NCBI RefSeq assembly: GCF_018350175.1
Contig: NC_058368.1
Coordinates: forward strand, 201,812,001-201,876,000
DNA length: 64,000 bases
From: Felis catus
Taxonomy: Eukaryota
Direction of reading: 5' to 3'
Shown here: one piece after another, positions 1-12,839 of the stretch
How the letters are laid out: each line of letters starts with the position of its first letter
Numbering within the stretch: position 1 is the first letter of the stretch
The notes under the pieces: generated by a model
Databases searched by the model: none
What the model was told of the DNA's origin: nothing
Seen by the model: the letters and a program-made list of their open reading frames with translations, nothing else
Position numbers and translations under genes: made by a program

Positions 1-23
1 CATTTAAAAAAGAAAGGAAGATA

Positions 24-223
24 GGGGCGCCTGGATGGCTCAGTTGGTTAAGCCTCGTACTTCAGCTCAGGTCATGGTCTCATGGTTTGTGAGATAGAGC
101 CCTGCACTGCCTCTGCTGTCAGCCCAGAGCCTGCTTTGGATCCTAGTCTTTCTCTCTCTCTGTCTCTCTCTCTGTCTCTCTCTCTCTCTCAAAAATAAAT
201 AAACATTAAAAAAAATTTTCTTT
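24..223 (+). mobile_element. Can-SINE (SINEC)
   Basis: GGGGCGCCTGG..GGCTCAG tRNA-derived head, (CT)n, A-rich tail, TSD aaggaagata. Confidence 0.95.
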
Positions 224-636
224 AAGGAAGATAAAATTCAATGTTAAAAGCCTCTGTGTCACTTGTATCTGTCTTTTTATATTTAATACCATTATATGAT
301 AGGTTCCCTCACAACTTTCCGAATGCTTCCAAAATTACTTTTCATAACAAAGTTCACTTAAGTTCATTTTCCTCATTAGAAGAGTTAATGTACAGTTAAT
401 CAGTTAATGTACAGAGTGTGAGGAAAATAAGGAAATGCCCCAAATAGGACAAGGTCATTTAAGGATGGCTTTTGGAGGTTAAGTGTATAATACTTGAGAA
501 CATACTAGAAATTGAAGAGGACTATAGATTTAAAGAAAAGATAAACAAGTGTGAGAACCAGATCTGTAGAGAACTGTAGGGCACCCGATCTGGTAGGAAA
601 ACAAGTTATCATGCTGAATATTAAAATAAAGCCTCC

Positions 637-750
637 AGGCACCTGGCAGGCTCAATGGGAAGAGCATGAGAATCTTGACTTTGGGGTCCTGAGTTCGAGC
701 CTCAACATTGGGTGTAGAGATTACTTAAATAAAACTTAAAAAAATAAAAT
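637..750 (+). mobile_element. Short old Can-SINE (SINEC_old-like)
   Basis: tRNA-like head with B box gagttcgagcc, then tgggtgtagagattacttaaa tail with no (CT)n; TSD aaaat(a/g)aagcctc. Confidence 0.85.
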
Positions 751-1827
751 AAAATGAAGCCTCACATGATAAGAAGTGATGGAAAATGATAGTAAGGATA
801 TTAGATTCTACACTAGATATTGACAAAATACCCTTTTTTTGTGAGTAACAAATAACAAATTGTGAGGCTGTGAGTCAATAAATGATGAGTTGTTTTCTAA
901 ATTATTTAACCCCATTATTTCTATCCCTGAATACAGTTCAACTAAAATTTAACCATAAATACTCCTATTAAAGCTTAATATAATCTTTCAAATATTGACT
1001 AATTATAAAATATTACATTCAAGTCAATCAGTCACAGAATTGTTTAAAAGCTTTTTAAAAAACTGCTCCATCATGAATTATTAAAAGAGTCTTTTTCAAG
1101 CAAAAGAAAATAATTTTCATAAAGTATGGATATTAGCAATTTGAATTTTCAGGTCTTTTTTAAAAGTCAAGTTGCCCACCAGAGAGTACAAGACACCATC
1201 TGTTAGGTCAGGAGCAAGTTTCTCGTCCATTTTAAATCAGTCTTCTATGACCATAGGTCACAGATAAAAAAAAAAAAAAACATCGCTATGAGAGAATCAT
1301 TCAGTTTCATTTCCACAGTTACCAAAAAAGAAAAAAGATACTATCTGCTGAGTAAAAACTATTGTATGTTGTTTGCATTTGTCATTGAAAGAAAAAATTT
1401 TTTCACTACTTCGCCCTCAAAGCCAATTTACCCAACAATATATCCAATGTTTCCAAAGCATCTGTTAAATTTGTTTTCATGCAAATATCAGTCTGCATAT
1501 CAACTGTTTCTATTCAGAATTTCTTTTTAACCCTGTTTAGCAAATCTTATAAAACCCTGTTTGCATTTATAGCAAGCACAAAACTGGTTTTAAAAATTGT
1601 AAGTACTATGTACTAATCTTTATGGATAAGTACTATCGTATGTTTTCTGTTTGTTAAGATTCTCTCCCATATTGTGTGCAGTTTATTTTTCCAGATTCTA
1701 GTTCCAACCTTTTCCAGGGGCAAGAACTTAATTATTGTCTATTTACTGTATTGTATTTCCACTGCCAGCAACAATAGGAAACCAATATTCTTACGCTCTC
1801 ATGCTAATAATCCCTTGAGAATGATGA

Positions 1828-2100
1828 CAAAGATCAGTCTCTTCTCTGAACCCCCAGTGGCCAGGTGTATTTTGAAATTCAGAGTTATGCATATTTTAGA
1901 AAGGTAACAGAGTGCACATTTTACACCTTATCATCAAAAACAACACTATATCTGGAGAAATGCATGAACATTCCCACTATAAATAATATCGTGTCAGTTC
2001 AGATCAGTTTGCCACTAATGGGCCAAGCTTACAAAGTAATTTTGTTTCAATATTCAGAGTCTTGTGGATTCAAAAATTCTGGATAATAAATTGTGTGTAC
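1828..2100. mobile_element. Old non-autonomous TcMar-Tigger element (MamRep434-like)
   Basis: Resembles recalled consensus blocks (ggccaggtgtattttgaaattcagag..ttttagaaaggtaa; gtcagttcagatcag; cagagtcttgtggattc..ggataa); family name tentative. Confidence 0.55.
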
Positions 2101-3039
2101 ACACACACACATATTTTAACTTTTAATATCTAAAAGGATGACTCATGAGGCCACATTCTGTAATTAAGCAAATACCTAACTGACTATAGTAGGAAATCTA
2201 TACCTAAATACCTAAGCATTGAAGCCTATACTTTATGCTTTCCTAATGACTGTATCCAAAAAACAAAAGGAAAGAAAAATATCTGTAGGAGACAACAAAC
2301 ATTTCCCATCATAGTAAGACCAGATGAAAATAACTTCACAATGGAAAGAATAAAAAGCTGTCTAGTGATCCTTTATTCAGGGTTCAACAAGCACATCTTC
2401 TTTAGCATATAAATAAATTTTAAGAACTCTACCAGAATTCTCGGATTTACATAAGCCAGACCTGTGCAAGCAAAGGCACAACGCTATGATTTTCCTACTT
2501 TACATTTTCATTTGACTCAAGTCCAACAGACAAACATGATCATTCCTTTGGACAGACGAACAAAAGAGAAATCAACTGAAAAAAAGAAATTCAAAATGGA
2601 GAGACTTTGTTTTGATTTTATTCTCTAAAGGCCAAAGGAAAAAGGTTTTAGAAATGGGGGGGGGGGGGGGATGTACATAATGTCTTGATTTCACAGAATA
2701 TTAGAGAGGAATATAGGTCTTTAATTGCCCAATGCACACCCTCACTTTACAGATGAAGAAACATAAATTTATAAGGATCCGTGTGTTTCCACGTGGAACC
2801 GAGACAGAGCTAAGTTTTCTGACTTTTTCCTCTTGTGACTTTGTAAGCTCTATGGCAAGAAACTTCAGAGTATTTTGCAACAAGATCTAATCTTCCTTCC
2901 TCAAAATATTTTTGAAAATAGAAGCAACAGAGAAACATCACTGCCCCAATGTAAGTAAAAGCCCACCAGGTATCCTTTCCTCCACAGATGACAATCTTGT
3001 CTTGTAATTAATATGCTTAAGTTTATGCAGTTATTTCTC

Positions 3040-3246
3040 TTTTTTTTTAAGTTTGTTTATTTTGAGAGAGAGAGAGAGAAAGCAGAGGAGGGGCAGAGAG
3101 ACAGAGAGAGAGGGAGAATCCCAAGCAGACTCCATGCTGTCAGCACATATTCCAAAACGGGGCTCTAACTCAAGAACCACGAGATCATCACCTGAGCCAA
3201 AAACAAGAGTTGGTGGCTTAACCAACCGAGCCACTCAGGTGATCCC
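3040..3246 (-). mobile_element. Can-SINE
   Basis: Reverse-complement head, (GA)n and T tail; TSD agttatttct. Confidence 0.95.
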
Positions 3247-4169
3247 AGTTATTTCTTCATCTATTATATTTCACCTTCGATCATTATTAACAAAAGAAAT
3301 TATTCATATTCTAAAAGTATGGAGTTGTTTTCAAAGGAAGTCACTTAAGCTATAACAAAAGATATCTCAATGATTTTTGGCATTGAATAAATATTACATC
3401 AGCTAAAGTACTGGTTAATAATCAGCACACAGACTCAGTTCTGTCATATCAGCTTTTCAAGAAATAAAAATAGTTTGACATTTATAAAATTCCATAGACT
3501 GACAAAGAAAAAAAGGATGAAACTAAGACCAAACAAAATCCAGTTAAAATTCTTATACAATCTGTACTGAGGACTCTAAGTTTTATGTTTTTTTTAAAAA
3601 TATACTTCAATTTAAGGAAAGGAAATATACCCAGATGCTTGCCTTAATTAGCATCAGACAAGCAGTAACGCTTCTTAATACCTTAGTTAATACATTTCCA
3701 TGTGTTCCCTTTAAGAAGGCTTTTAAAATGTTTGCATGACCATAGTTGCATTCTCAAATGTGTCTAGCTCCTTTCTTCTCCCACTTTCCATCCTAAAATA
3801 AATCCTCTTCAGGTAATAGACATTTAATAAAAGACAGTAAATGTTTCAAGGGCAGGCTTAATAGTCCTAATATATACATTTTTTTTTTTTTGCCTTTTAA
3901 AACCAATGAGTATTTTTATGTTTAAAGTCTGCAAGGTGACAAGAAGGATGCTGAAGTTGTCATCGGCGTCAAGAGGGAGTCCAAATTTATCGGTAAGAAA
4001 AGGAAAGAAAAACATGTGAGGCAGCTAATCTGGAAGAGCTGGATGGAAGATGCCTGCAGGAGATATTCATACCTAACTAAAAAGAAATAATTCAAACAGG
4101 GTTACTTTTCTGAACTGCAAAGAGAAATAAAATTTATTCCCATAACACTCATAAAATTATAGTAATAAA

Positions 4170-4310
4170 AATGGACCATCCTATCTGGGCCTCTTATTTT
4201 ATAGTAAGGAAATCAAGGTGCAGTGAAGTCTACCAATTTGTCTTTGGGTACAGAGCAGGAAGTTCTGGTCCAGAACTTAGGTCTCCTTTGATCTAGAGGC
4301 CTTCCACTAA
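4170..4310 (-). mobile_element. MIR-family fragment
   Basis: ttattttatagtaaggaaatcaagg..cagaacttaggtctcc resembles a degraded MIR core. Confidence 0.5.
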
Positions 4311-4596
4311 ATTTTGCCACTTCCACAACTTGTGCAGTACATTTATTAACATGTATATGCAGCAGAACACTAGCTGTTACTCCTAGTCAGAACTCAACCA
4401 ATTTAAACCAATCATGAAATGTATTTAAAAACGTGAAGAAAGTTATTTTTCCTCTATATTTTGTTTCCTTAGCAAAACAGCTTTTGTGAGTGGAGACATG
4501 TCTAACTCTATTTGGCATCAGTTTTGCAAACTAATATTAGCTATCAGAGGAAAGTTCTTTTAATGATGAGGTGACCGTTTAAACTACTTTTACTTA

Positions 4597-4818
4597 GGGG
4601 CGCCTGGGTGGCTCAGTCAGTTAAGCGTCCAACTTCGGATCGGGTCATGATCTCACGGTTCGTGGGTTCGAGCCCCACATTGGGCTCTGTGCTGACAGCT
4701 CAGAGCCTGGAGCCTGTTTCAGATTCTGTGTCTCCCTCTCTCTCTGCCCCTCCCCCACTTGTGCTCTCTCTCCCTCTGTCTCAAAAATAAATAAACATTA
4801 AAAAAAAAAGTTTTTAAA
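4597..4818 (+). mobile_element. Can-SINE (felid SINEC_Fc type)
   Basis: Canonical body with gctcagagcctggagcctg; perfect 17-bp TSD taaactacttttactta. Confidence 0.97.
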
Positions 4819-4906
4819 TAAACTACTTTTACTTAGTTAATAGTTGACAAAGCAATGAAAGCAAAAAACGTGTGTCATTTTTTTTTTTTAATGAATGAAA
4901 TTTTCA

Positions 4907-5110
4907 ATTTAATTTTTTTATGTTTCTTCTTTGAGAGAGAGAGCTCATGCACACAATCAGGGGAGGGGCAGAGAAAGAGGGAGACAGAGAACCCGAAGCT
5001 GGCCCTGTGCTGACAGCAGAAAGCCCAATGTGGGGCTCGAACTCATGAACTGTGAGATCGTGACCTGAGCCAAAGTTGGATGCTTCACTGACTAAGCCAC
5101 CCAGGCACCC
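4907..5110 (-). mobile_element. Can-SINE
   Basis: Reverse-complement SINE; TSD gaaattttca. Confidence 0.95.
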
Positions 5111-6389
5111 AGAAATTTTCACTTTAGAAGAGGAGCACTGTTCAACAACTACACACTTACATATGTACCATAAGACTGGGCCATAAAATTACTACATACC
5201 TAAGTATATTTATGAGAAAAAAAGTTTTAAATCTTCAGTCAATTTTAATAAAAATGAGCTCTTCTTAGTTACCTTTTTCTGTATCAGTGAAGATCTTCCC
5301 TTTCTCTCATCACACTATTAAATATTTTTCAAAGTTCACATATAGATAGCTCCAATATGAGAGGGTATGGAAAAACTCTAAAATACTCCGTATAAAATTT
5401 CATTTTGAGTGATCTAAAAACCATACTTTATAAGTTATGAAACATTTTAAATGTTATTGCAGAGGTTATCAATTCAAAAAATATTCAACTTCCTTGACAT
5501 TGAAGTATTGGTTTTACTTGCTCTTTGAGACACATTTTTATATCAGGCATTCTTGGGAAAAGAAAGGCAACTAATTCTGGGAGGGGAGTAGCCGAAAGTC
5601 TCATGTGGGTACCAACAAAGAGAAAGAGAGAAGAGAGAAAGAAGGAAAAGTAAAAAGAGAAAGAAAGAAAACACAGAATAAAAGAAAAAGCTCTGTGTGT
5701 TTTTTTAAGAACTGAGGAAAACCGCAGGACCTTAATTTTGAAAGTGATTCCTATAAAAACAAGAACCTGACACAAAAATAGTTTGACAAAAAAGCGAAAG
5801 TTTTTTGTGGTAAGTTTGCCATCAACTAAACTGCACTCAGAATATGAGAGCAAAAAGAATAGGAAAATGATGTCAATTTAAGGATTATATAAACATATCA
5901 AATGACAAATGTTTTTCAGAACTCAAAGTGTTAAGATCAACAGAATCATTTTTACCTTTTTTAATGAGCTGATTCATAGATAACTCAAAATTCAGATCAT
6001 TCTTTGAAGTCAGTCTAATTGTAATAGCATCCATTCATCACTTAGACACAGTGTGATATCTAAAATTGCAAATATCAATACAACTTAACTTGATGTTTTC
6101 ATTTAATGAAGAAACAAGATAATGGCTTAGAAATATTCATTAGAATTGGAAGGAAAATACTTTAGCTTTAGTTATTTCCACCCAGAAAAATGACACAGAA
6201 CTAATGAATGCTGTCAATGGTCGTGTCTGTCCAGCTCTACTCCCCAAGACCTTCCTTCTCAAACACGCACCATCTCAACGCACCCCAGCACTTACAAACA
6301 TGCCTCTGCGGAAACAATTCACAGTGATTATTCTACTGTGACTAAAAATGCTACAAAAGAGAACTTTTAAAAGCACACCAGAGGTTTTA

Positions 6390-6599
6390 GGGGCAACTGG
6401 GTGGCTCAGTCAGTAGGCATCCAACTCTTGATTTCAGCTCAGGTCCTGATCTCAGGGTTGTGAGATCGAGCCCACATTGGGCTCCTCATGGAGCCTGTTT
6501 GGGATTCTCTGTCTCCCTCTTCCTGAGCCCTTCCCCACCGCATGCGCACATGTGCACACTCTCTCTCAATAGGCAGATAACAAAAAAAAAATTTTTTTT
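6390..6599 (+). mobile_element. Can-SINE
   Basis: Head, body and tail; ~20-bp TSD aaagcacac/aagaggtttta. Confidence 0.95.
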
Positions 6600-6719
6600 A
6601 AAGCACACAAGAGGTTTTATAAATATGGCAAATATTAAGCCCCTGAAAGAAAGGACATACTTAGAGTGAAAATTAACTATATTCAATTAATTTGTTCTCA
6701 CCATTCATTAATAATCAGA

Positions 6720-7000
6720 ACGCATACAATCATTCAGCCAATTATGGAGTGAATGATTATTGAAGATCCGCTCTGTGCCAACACAGCTGAATTTTAAAAA
6801 GACAGAGCCCCTGGACTCAGGAAGTTTCGAGGCTGGCCAAAGAAAATACAGTAAAAACGTCACCCAAATGAATGAAAACTACAGCCGTGACAAATGCTCT
6901 GAAGGAAGATGACACCATAAACTGGAGCATAAAACAAGGGCATGTGACTTGCCATCGGTGCAGGGACACCAAGTTTCCCATAGAAATCTGTAAATGAGTA
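6720..7000 (-). mobile_element. L2 3' fragment
   Basis: cattcagccaa..tattgaagatccgctctgtgccaa..gacagagcccctggactcaggaag resembles the L2 3' end in reverse. Confidence 0.5.
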
Positions 7001-7253
7001 AAAGGAAAAGGGTGAAGGAGTTTAAACACACCATCCCATTCTTCAAGATTTTCATTTTTTAACCTTATAGCTTCCCAACTAAATGTGGAATGCAGACCTC
7101 CTCGTGCACAGAGATTATATTTTACTCCTCTAGGTGTCTGCAGTATCTGTAGCCCGTGGTACAGTGGAAGGTGCAAATCATAATCTGCCTTAACATATTC
7201 TGTTGAGAAGAAGTCATGTAGATTACCTCAAGTATTTAAATTCTTAAAAAAAT

Positions 7254-7432
7254 GGGGCGCCTGGGTGGCTCAGTCGGTTAAGCGTCTGACTTTGGCACAG
7301 GTCATGATCTCACAGTTCCTGAGTTCAAGCCCCACATCAGGCTGTCTGCTGTCAGCCCAAAGTCCACTTTGGATCCTCTGTCCCCCTCTCTGGTTCTCCC
7401 CCAGTAGCGTTCTCTCAAAAATAAATAATCAT
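7254..7432 (+). mobile_element. Can-SINE
   Basis: Canonical head and body; the tail runs into a (TA)n array. Confidence 0.95.
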
Positions 7433-7496
<64 letters not shown>

Positions 7497-7513
7497 TACA
7501 CACATATATATAT

Positions 7514-7555
<42 letters not shown>
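7433..7555. repeat. Interrupted (TA)n microsatellite
   Basis: ~123 bp of TA with a few TG/CA interruptions. Confidence 0.98.
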
Positions 7556-7557
<2 letters not shown>

Positions 7558-10500
7558 CCACAAGTTTGACCAAAACACCTGTCACAAGTTTGATCAAAGC
7601 ACAGTATGCACACACAAAAGGCCATGAAAAGAGGGATACAGCTTGAGGGGATCAGTGTCCATCTTTTCCAGAGGAAGCCAAACCCCATGGGAAACAGGAG
7701 CCGTAGGCCTGGGCACTGGGCACACTCCAACAGAAGGGAGTATTGGCACACAAGAGCCATGGCTGACTCACAGCATGTCCAAATGTGCCTACAGCTCTTT
7801 GTACAATGAAGTAGCTCAGATGTGTATTAAAAGAAGGGGAGGTGGTCATAAAAATACTACAGCCCAGCTGATAAGGAGCTAAGGACAAAATGATTACCAA
7901 AACTGCTATCAGTGCAATCCTCTGTCACTCACAAAACACGAGTATAAAGAACGTGGCTGTGGTTTTCTTACCAACTTAAAAGGCCCTGAGAAATCCCAGA
8001 TTATTTTGATTTATGACTATAAATGTCATCCTTACCATATAACATGGGAATGCCTTATCTTTATATGGAAGAGTAGTTTCTAATGACCACTCTTTTGTTT
8101 ATTTCCACAAAAAGAAATATAAAACACAGAGTGATGTATTATTCTAAGATGTGAATTCCCTCCCTAGTACACTTCTGCCCTTCCCCTCCAGATAAAGAAG
8201 TCTCGCCCTTTTGGGCAAACAGAGGTGCCTGGCATCTGCCCTTTGAGAAAGGTCTACAGCAAGGGGACAAAGATGATCCACAGTGACAAGCCCTGAGCTG
8301 TGCCTCTCAGGCTTGCACATGACTTGTCTGTACAATCCTCGGTGGTCTTGCCCTTCTGAGAGAATATTCAGGAGCCAGCAAGTCTAAATGAGACCAGCAT
8401 ACAAAGCAGCTCCCTTGTGAGTTTTCCCGCACTAGGAAAAGGAACTTTCTGAATCATCTCTGAGCCTATGCCAGCTTTATTAAATGGTGCTTTGTTCCCA
8501 AGGGAATTTTTAATTGAGAAAGCATTGGCAATATACAACATGCTTTACAGTGGTTGGTGATGCTAATCAATGTGGTTAAATGAGAAGAAACAGCCTCCCC
8601 TCTCAGATTTTGAAATCAAATCTGAGGTACTCCTATCAGTACAAACGTATTTATAAAATGAAAAAACAGAATAAAGCTTGGAAGATAGCTAATGAAAGTT
8701 TCTGCATACGTTATTCAACAGATTTTTATTGAACACTTTTTAAGTAACACACACATAATCACATCATCTTTTAAGATGCCATGAATCCACCATTACTATG
8801 TAGTTGAGGAAACAGGGACGCTCAAGCTTTGAAACAGTCCCAATGCCACGTCCTACTAAGAGAAAAAGTGACTTGTCTGATACACCACAAAAAGAACATT
8901 TTTAAATAAAAAAGTAGGGAGGGAGACAACTTGAAACAACATAGTAAGCTGTAAAATAAACACATGTAAAGCCATCAAACTTCCAGGTTTCCCCAAAGAG
9001 GCACGGAAACACCATAGGAATAGGTGGCATAACCAGAAACCACTCAGGCTCTAAAGGGTGCTTCAATTTGAAGGAATGTATATATGCACCAAGTTATATA
9101 AACTATCTAAGTAGACTGATAAGGCCAACATTAGCAGAGCTGTTTTGAAACACAACCACCAAGAGAATAGAACATACTGATCATCTATCAGAAAGACTGG
9201 CTTAAGACCTAACCGACCTTCTACCGCTATCGTGACTTAGCTGTAAACCCTTGTTTTACGACCAGCGCTGTATGCCGTGTAAACAATTGAAAATGTCTGA
9301 CGTGGAAAAAACATTTAGTGAATTAATAAATTACTTCCTAATTTGTGTTATGTAGACCACTAATTTGTTTTAATTAACAGCCATTATTAACCGTAAACAC
9401 ATGAAATTACATTTGAAATTTACAGACAGCCCCTCACTGAACACGTGCTCCCATTGGGGTGCAAGAGTTGGCCAATACTTTTCCAGATTGATAGTGATGA
9501 CTCAAATATAAGACTGTTGTTTGAACCTACGTGTAAGTATCTTGTTAAAAGTATAAATAAGGTAAATAATTCACTGATCGTTTTTCTTACTTTAGACATT
9601 AGTGGGCATTTACCTCTAGCTAATATGCAAATACATAAATGATGTAAAATGCCTTATGAAGAGCAAATACATTTATTTAAATGGTATTAAGCTACTATTC
9701 CAATCAAAGAGCTTCAGACATTCTACCTACAATGATAACAATGAAAATTTTAAATAAAAGTATCATATACAGCCAAAATTGTAATATGTATTGCTTTTAC
9801 CAAAAAAAAATTTAGAAAAAAAGCACCTAATTACATTTCCATTCATAAAAGATTAAATTGTAGGCAGATGAATAGAAGAGGGAATGATGATCTAACATTT
9901 CACTACATATCATAGACAGTCATTTCTGATGGGCACATCTGTGATTCTTACCCACCTAACATATCAAATCATCAATATCAATTCATGTAGCTGCAAATTC
10001 TTTTCTGAATCAATCAACTTCTGTTTTCAGTAAAGGATAACTAAACCAATTTTTTTCCTTGGCTGTGCTGGCTCATGTACTGTGTCATTTAAAAGGGAAC
10101 AAAACAACAAAACCCATTTGATTGGCTGTAATTCACTTTAACATTTGATTAGCTATAATATATTTTAAATGCATCTACTGAAAAGTTAGCAATCTGTGCG
10201 CTTATTAAGGTAGGTAAAAGTAAAGAATCAATTTTCACACATTCAATAGAATTTCACCGTGGTATAAATGTGTTTGTTCATTCCAAAAGCAGAAAGGAAA
10301 GGCATGTGATCTGAATAGACAATCACATTTTGGAGAATTTTTACACTTGGTCTTGAAGAATATTTATTGGTTGTCATTGTGCATATGGAGATTGACCCAA
10401 AGAGATAAGTTCTTCTGGAGAAACTGAAATCCTCTACTTAAACTTTAAAAGGGGAACTAAGTTCCTCACAAATATATTTTTTAAAATATTTCAATGTCTC

Positions 10501-10571
10501 TAGGACTTAAACCTCTGAAATCTTTTAAAAATTTCCCTTCCCTCCTCCTAAAAGAAGGGTTTGCTTTGTTT

Positions 10572-10782
10572 AAAATTTTTTAACGCTTATTTATTTTTGA
10601 GAGAAAGGGACAGAACGTGAGCAGGAAAGGGGCAGAGAGAGAGGGAGACACAGAATCTGAAGCAGGCTCCAGGCTCTAAGCTATCAGCACAGAGCCTGGT
10701 GCAGGGCTCCAACTCAAGAGCCATGAGATCACGACCTGAGCTGAAGTCGGACACTTAACCGACTGAGCCACCCAGGCGCCCC
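10572..10782 (-). mobile_element. Can-SINE (SINEC_Fc)
   Basis: Reverse-complement SINE ending gagccacccaggcgcccc. Confidence 0.96.
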
Positions 10783-10926
10783 ATGTTTTGTTTTGCTTTT
10801 TAATCTAATAAGGAATAGAAATAAACCTGTTTAGGGAAATCTGGAAATATTCTTCAACAATGTTTTTTTTTTCTCATGTTTCCTTTATTTTTCTCATTCA
10901 GTTTTCTCTTGTTTTTTTTTTCCTTC

Positions 10927-11149
10927 TTTTTTTTTTTAATTTTTTTAACGTTTATTTATTTTTGAGACAGAGAGAGACAGAGCATGAATGGGGGAGGGTC
11001 ACAGAGAGGGGGAGACACAGAATCCGAAACAGGCTCCAGGCTCTGACCTGTCAGCACAGAGCCCGACACGGGGTTCAAACTCACGGACCGCGAGATCATG
11101 ACCTGAGCCGAAGTCAGCCGCTTAACCGACTGAGCCACCCAGGCGCCCC
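10927..11149 (-). mobile_element. Can-SINE (young SINEC_Fc)
   Basis: CpG-rich reverse-complement SINE; TSD tttttttccttctt. Confidence 0.96.
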
Positions 11150-12349
11150 TTTTTTTCCTTCTTCAAGAACTTATTCTTACCTCTAATTGTAGGATTTACC
11201 CCCTCCAAGGATAAAGGTACTACCTGCCATAAGTAAATCATAAATTCAATGTATCACACCATCATAGAGCTTTAAAGGGCTTTGTAACTTTCCACATTAT
11301 AGGTTTGAGTAAACAAGAAAGCAAAGAGAGGTTAACAGATTGATTTGATACCAGATAGCAAGAAAGTGATAGAATGAGCACAAGAGCCCAGTATTTATGC
11401 AAACCTAAACTACCTAAATGAAATTAAATACAAATCGGCCAAGAATAAACCATCACCTTTTTTCTGAAAAGACAGACCCCTGGCCTTTGCTATCCAAACA
11501 CTTAACCCATATTAATGGTAAATCACCATCATCGTCATCATGATTAGCATCATCACCATGGTCTTGAAAAGGCAACCATTTAATCTAAGGAGTGAGACAG
11601 AACAATCTATCCCTAGTAGAGGATACACTGAACTCAAAGCCCCTGGGCAAGAGTACAAGGAGAAATTTAGTATCTATCCATTGCTTCCTAATGCAGGACT
11701 TCACTTCAGGACTCTGAAGTAAATTTTTATAACAAGCATCTGAGAACCAAATGATAACATTAAAAAAATCATCATCCATTACAGGCATCTGAAAGTTGAT
11801 TCATAAGGGAAGGGAATTTTTAGCTTATTGCCCATATTTGCATGCAAAGTAAAAGCTATTACCATATTTAAGAGGCAAAAATATACTTTAACATTCACGG
11901 TGAAAAGGCTGAGCAAGAAATAATAAGTTATCTCTAATCAGTAAATTATTTCAAATGACATCTGATAGCTGTTGACTGTTGCCAAGCCACATTACAGATC
12001 ATTCCAGTAAGCTGGCTATAAAACAATACAATTACCAAGGTTAATTATCTGCTGCAGAAATATTCATGACTTAAAGTGAAATGAGATGCCTCCTTGATGC
12101 TGGACCGTCCCAAACATTTCTAGTGAGTACACAACTCACATTACTCTTCAGGGTTAGGAAAGGTCTGGGATAACATGAGATGTGTAGAATCTTTAAATAC
12201 ACAAAACATCCGTATCTGAAAATTCGGGCAAATTCTCTCTGAGAGAGGCAATGTCCTGTGTTCACTAAATCCTATTTCCTCCAGAAGACACAGCTGGATT
12301 CCAAGGTCCCAAGAGGGCTGAGAAGCATATACCTTTTGATATCAATTCT

Positions 12350-12724
12350 TACACCAAATTTCAGTAGCTGAACACAATAGCTGTTGACTTCTCATCCATA
12401 TCACAGTATATGGAGAAGAGCAGGAGATTCTGTGCCACACAGTCAATGAGGACCCCAGGCTTATTAAACTATTGTGCCCCACAATCTGCAAAGGCTTCAT
12501 ATTCCACCACATTCAATCCACATGCAAGAAACAAAACATGGAAGTCATGACGAAAAGTTTCATGGGCAAAGCCTTGGAGGGACCTACATCATTTCCATCC
12601 ACACTCCATTCTCTGGAACTCAAGTGTATGATCACAGCTAACTGCCAGGGAGGCGGAAAAATGTAGTCTCACCGTGTGGCCAGGAAGAAAGGAATTTGGT
12701 GATCACACAGAAGTCTGTACCACA
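12350..12724 (-). mobile_element. MLT1 (ERVL-MaLR) solo LTR, MLT1I-like
   Basis: Ends ..taactgccagggaggcggaaaaatgtagtc..gtctgtaccaca, typical of a reverse-complement MLT1 5' end. Confidence 0.65.
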
Positions 12725-12839
12725 GCATCCTTTAACATCGTTAATACACTGGGCTTATTGTAAGCTTTAATTACTTAGAACTCCAGTTTTCCAATGCCTT
12801 TAATTAGAAATTAACGGCAGAAGAAAACAAATACCCACA

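Noticed and set aside
24..110. tRNA-like A/B-box sequences at SINE heads
   Set aside because: These are tRNA-derived SINE promoters followed by (CT)n and A tails, not tRNA genes.
1248..1260. TGACC-ata-GGTCA as an oestrogen response element
   Set aside because: The half-sites are everted relative to the ERE (GGTCAnnnTGACC), and a single short motif has no support.
3928..3992. Plus-strand 65-nt exon candidate (LQGDKKDAEVVIGVKRESKFI, donor cg|gtaaga)
   Set aside because: Weak aaag acceptor, unrecognised peptide and no partner exons on the + strand.
4608..4790. Recurrent ORFs of the MAQSVKR..SPSLSAPP type (also 10956, 18184, 22312, 35782, 61963, 63005)
   Set aside because: They are translations of Can-SINE bodies, mostly from GTG starts, not a gene family.
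7265..7760. Long ORFs with YIYIYI tracts
   Set aside because: Artefacts of the (TA)n microsatellite.
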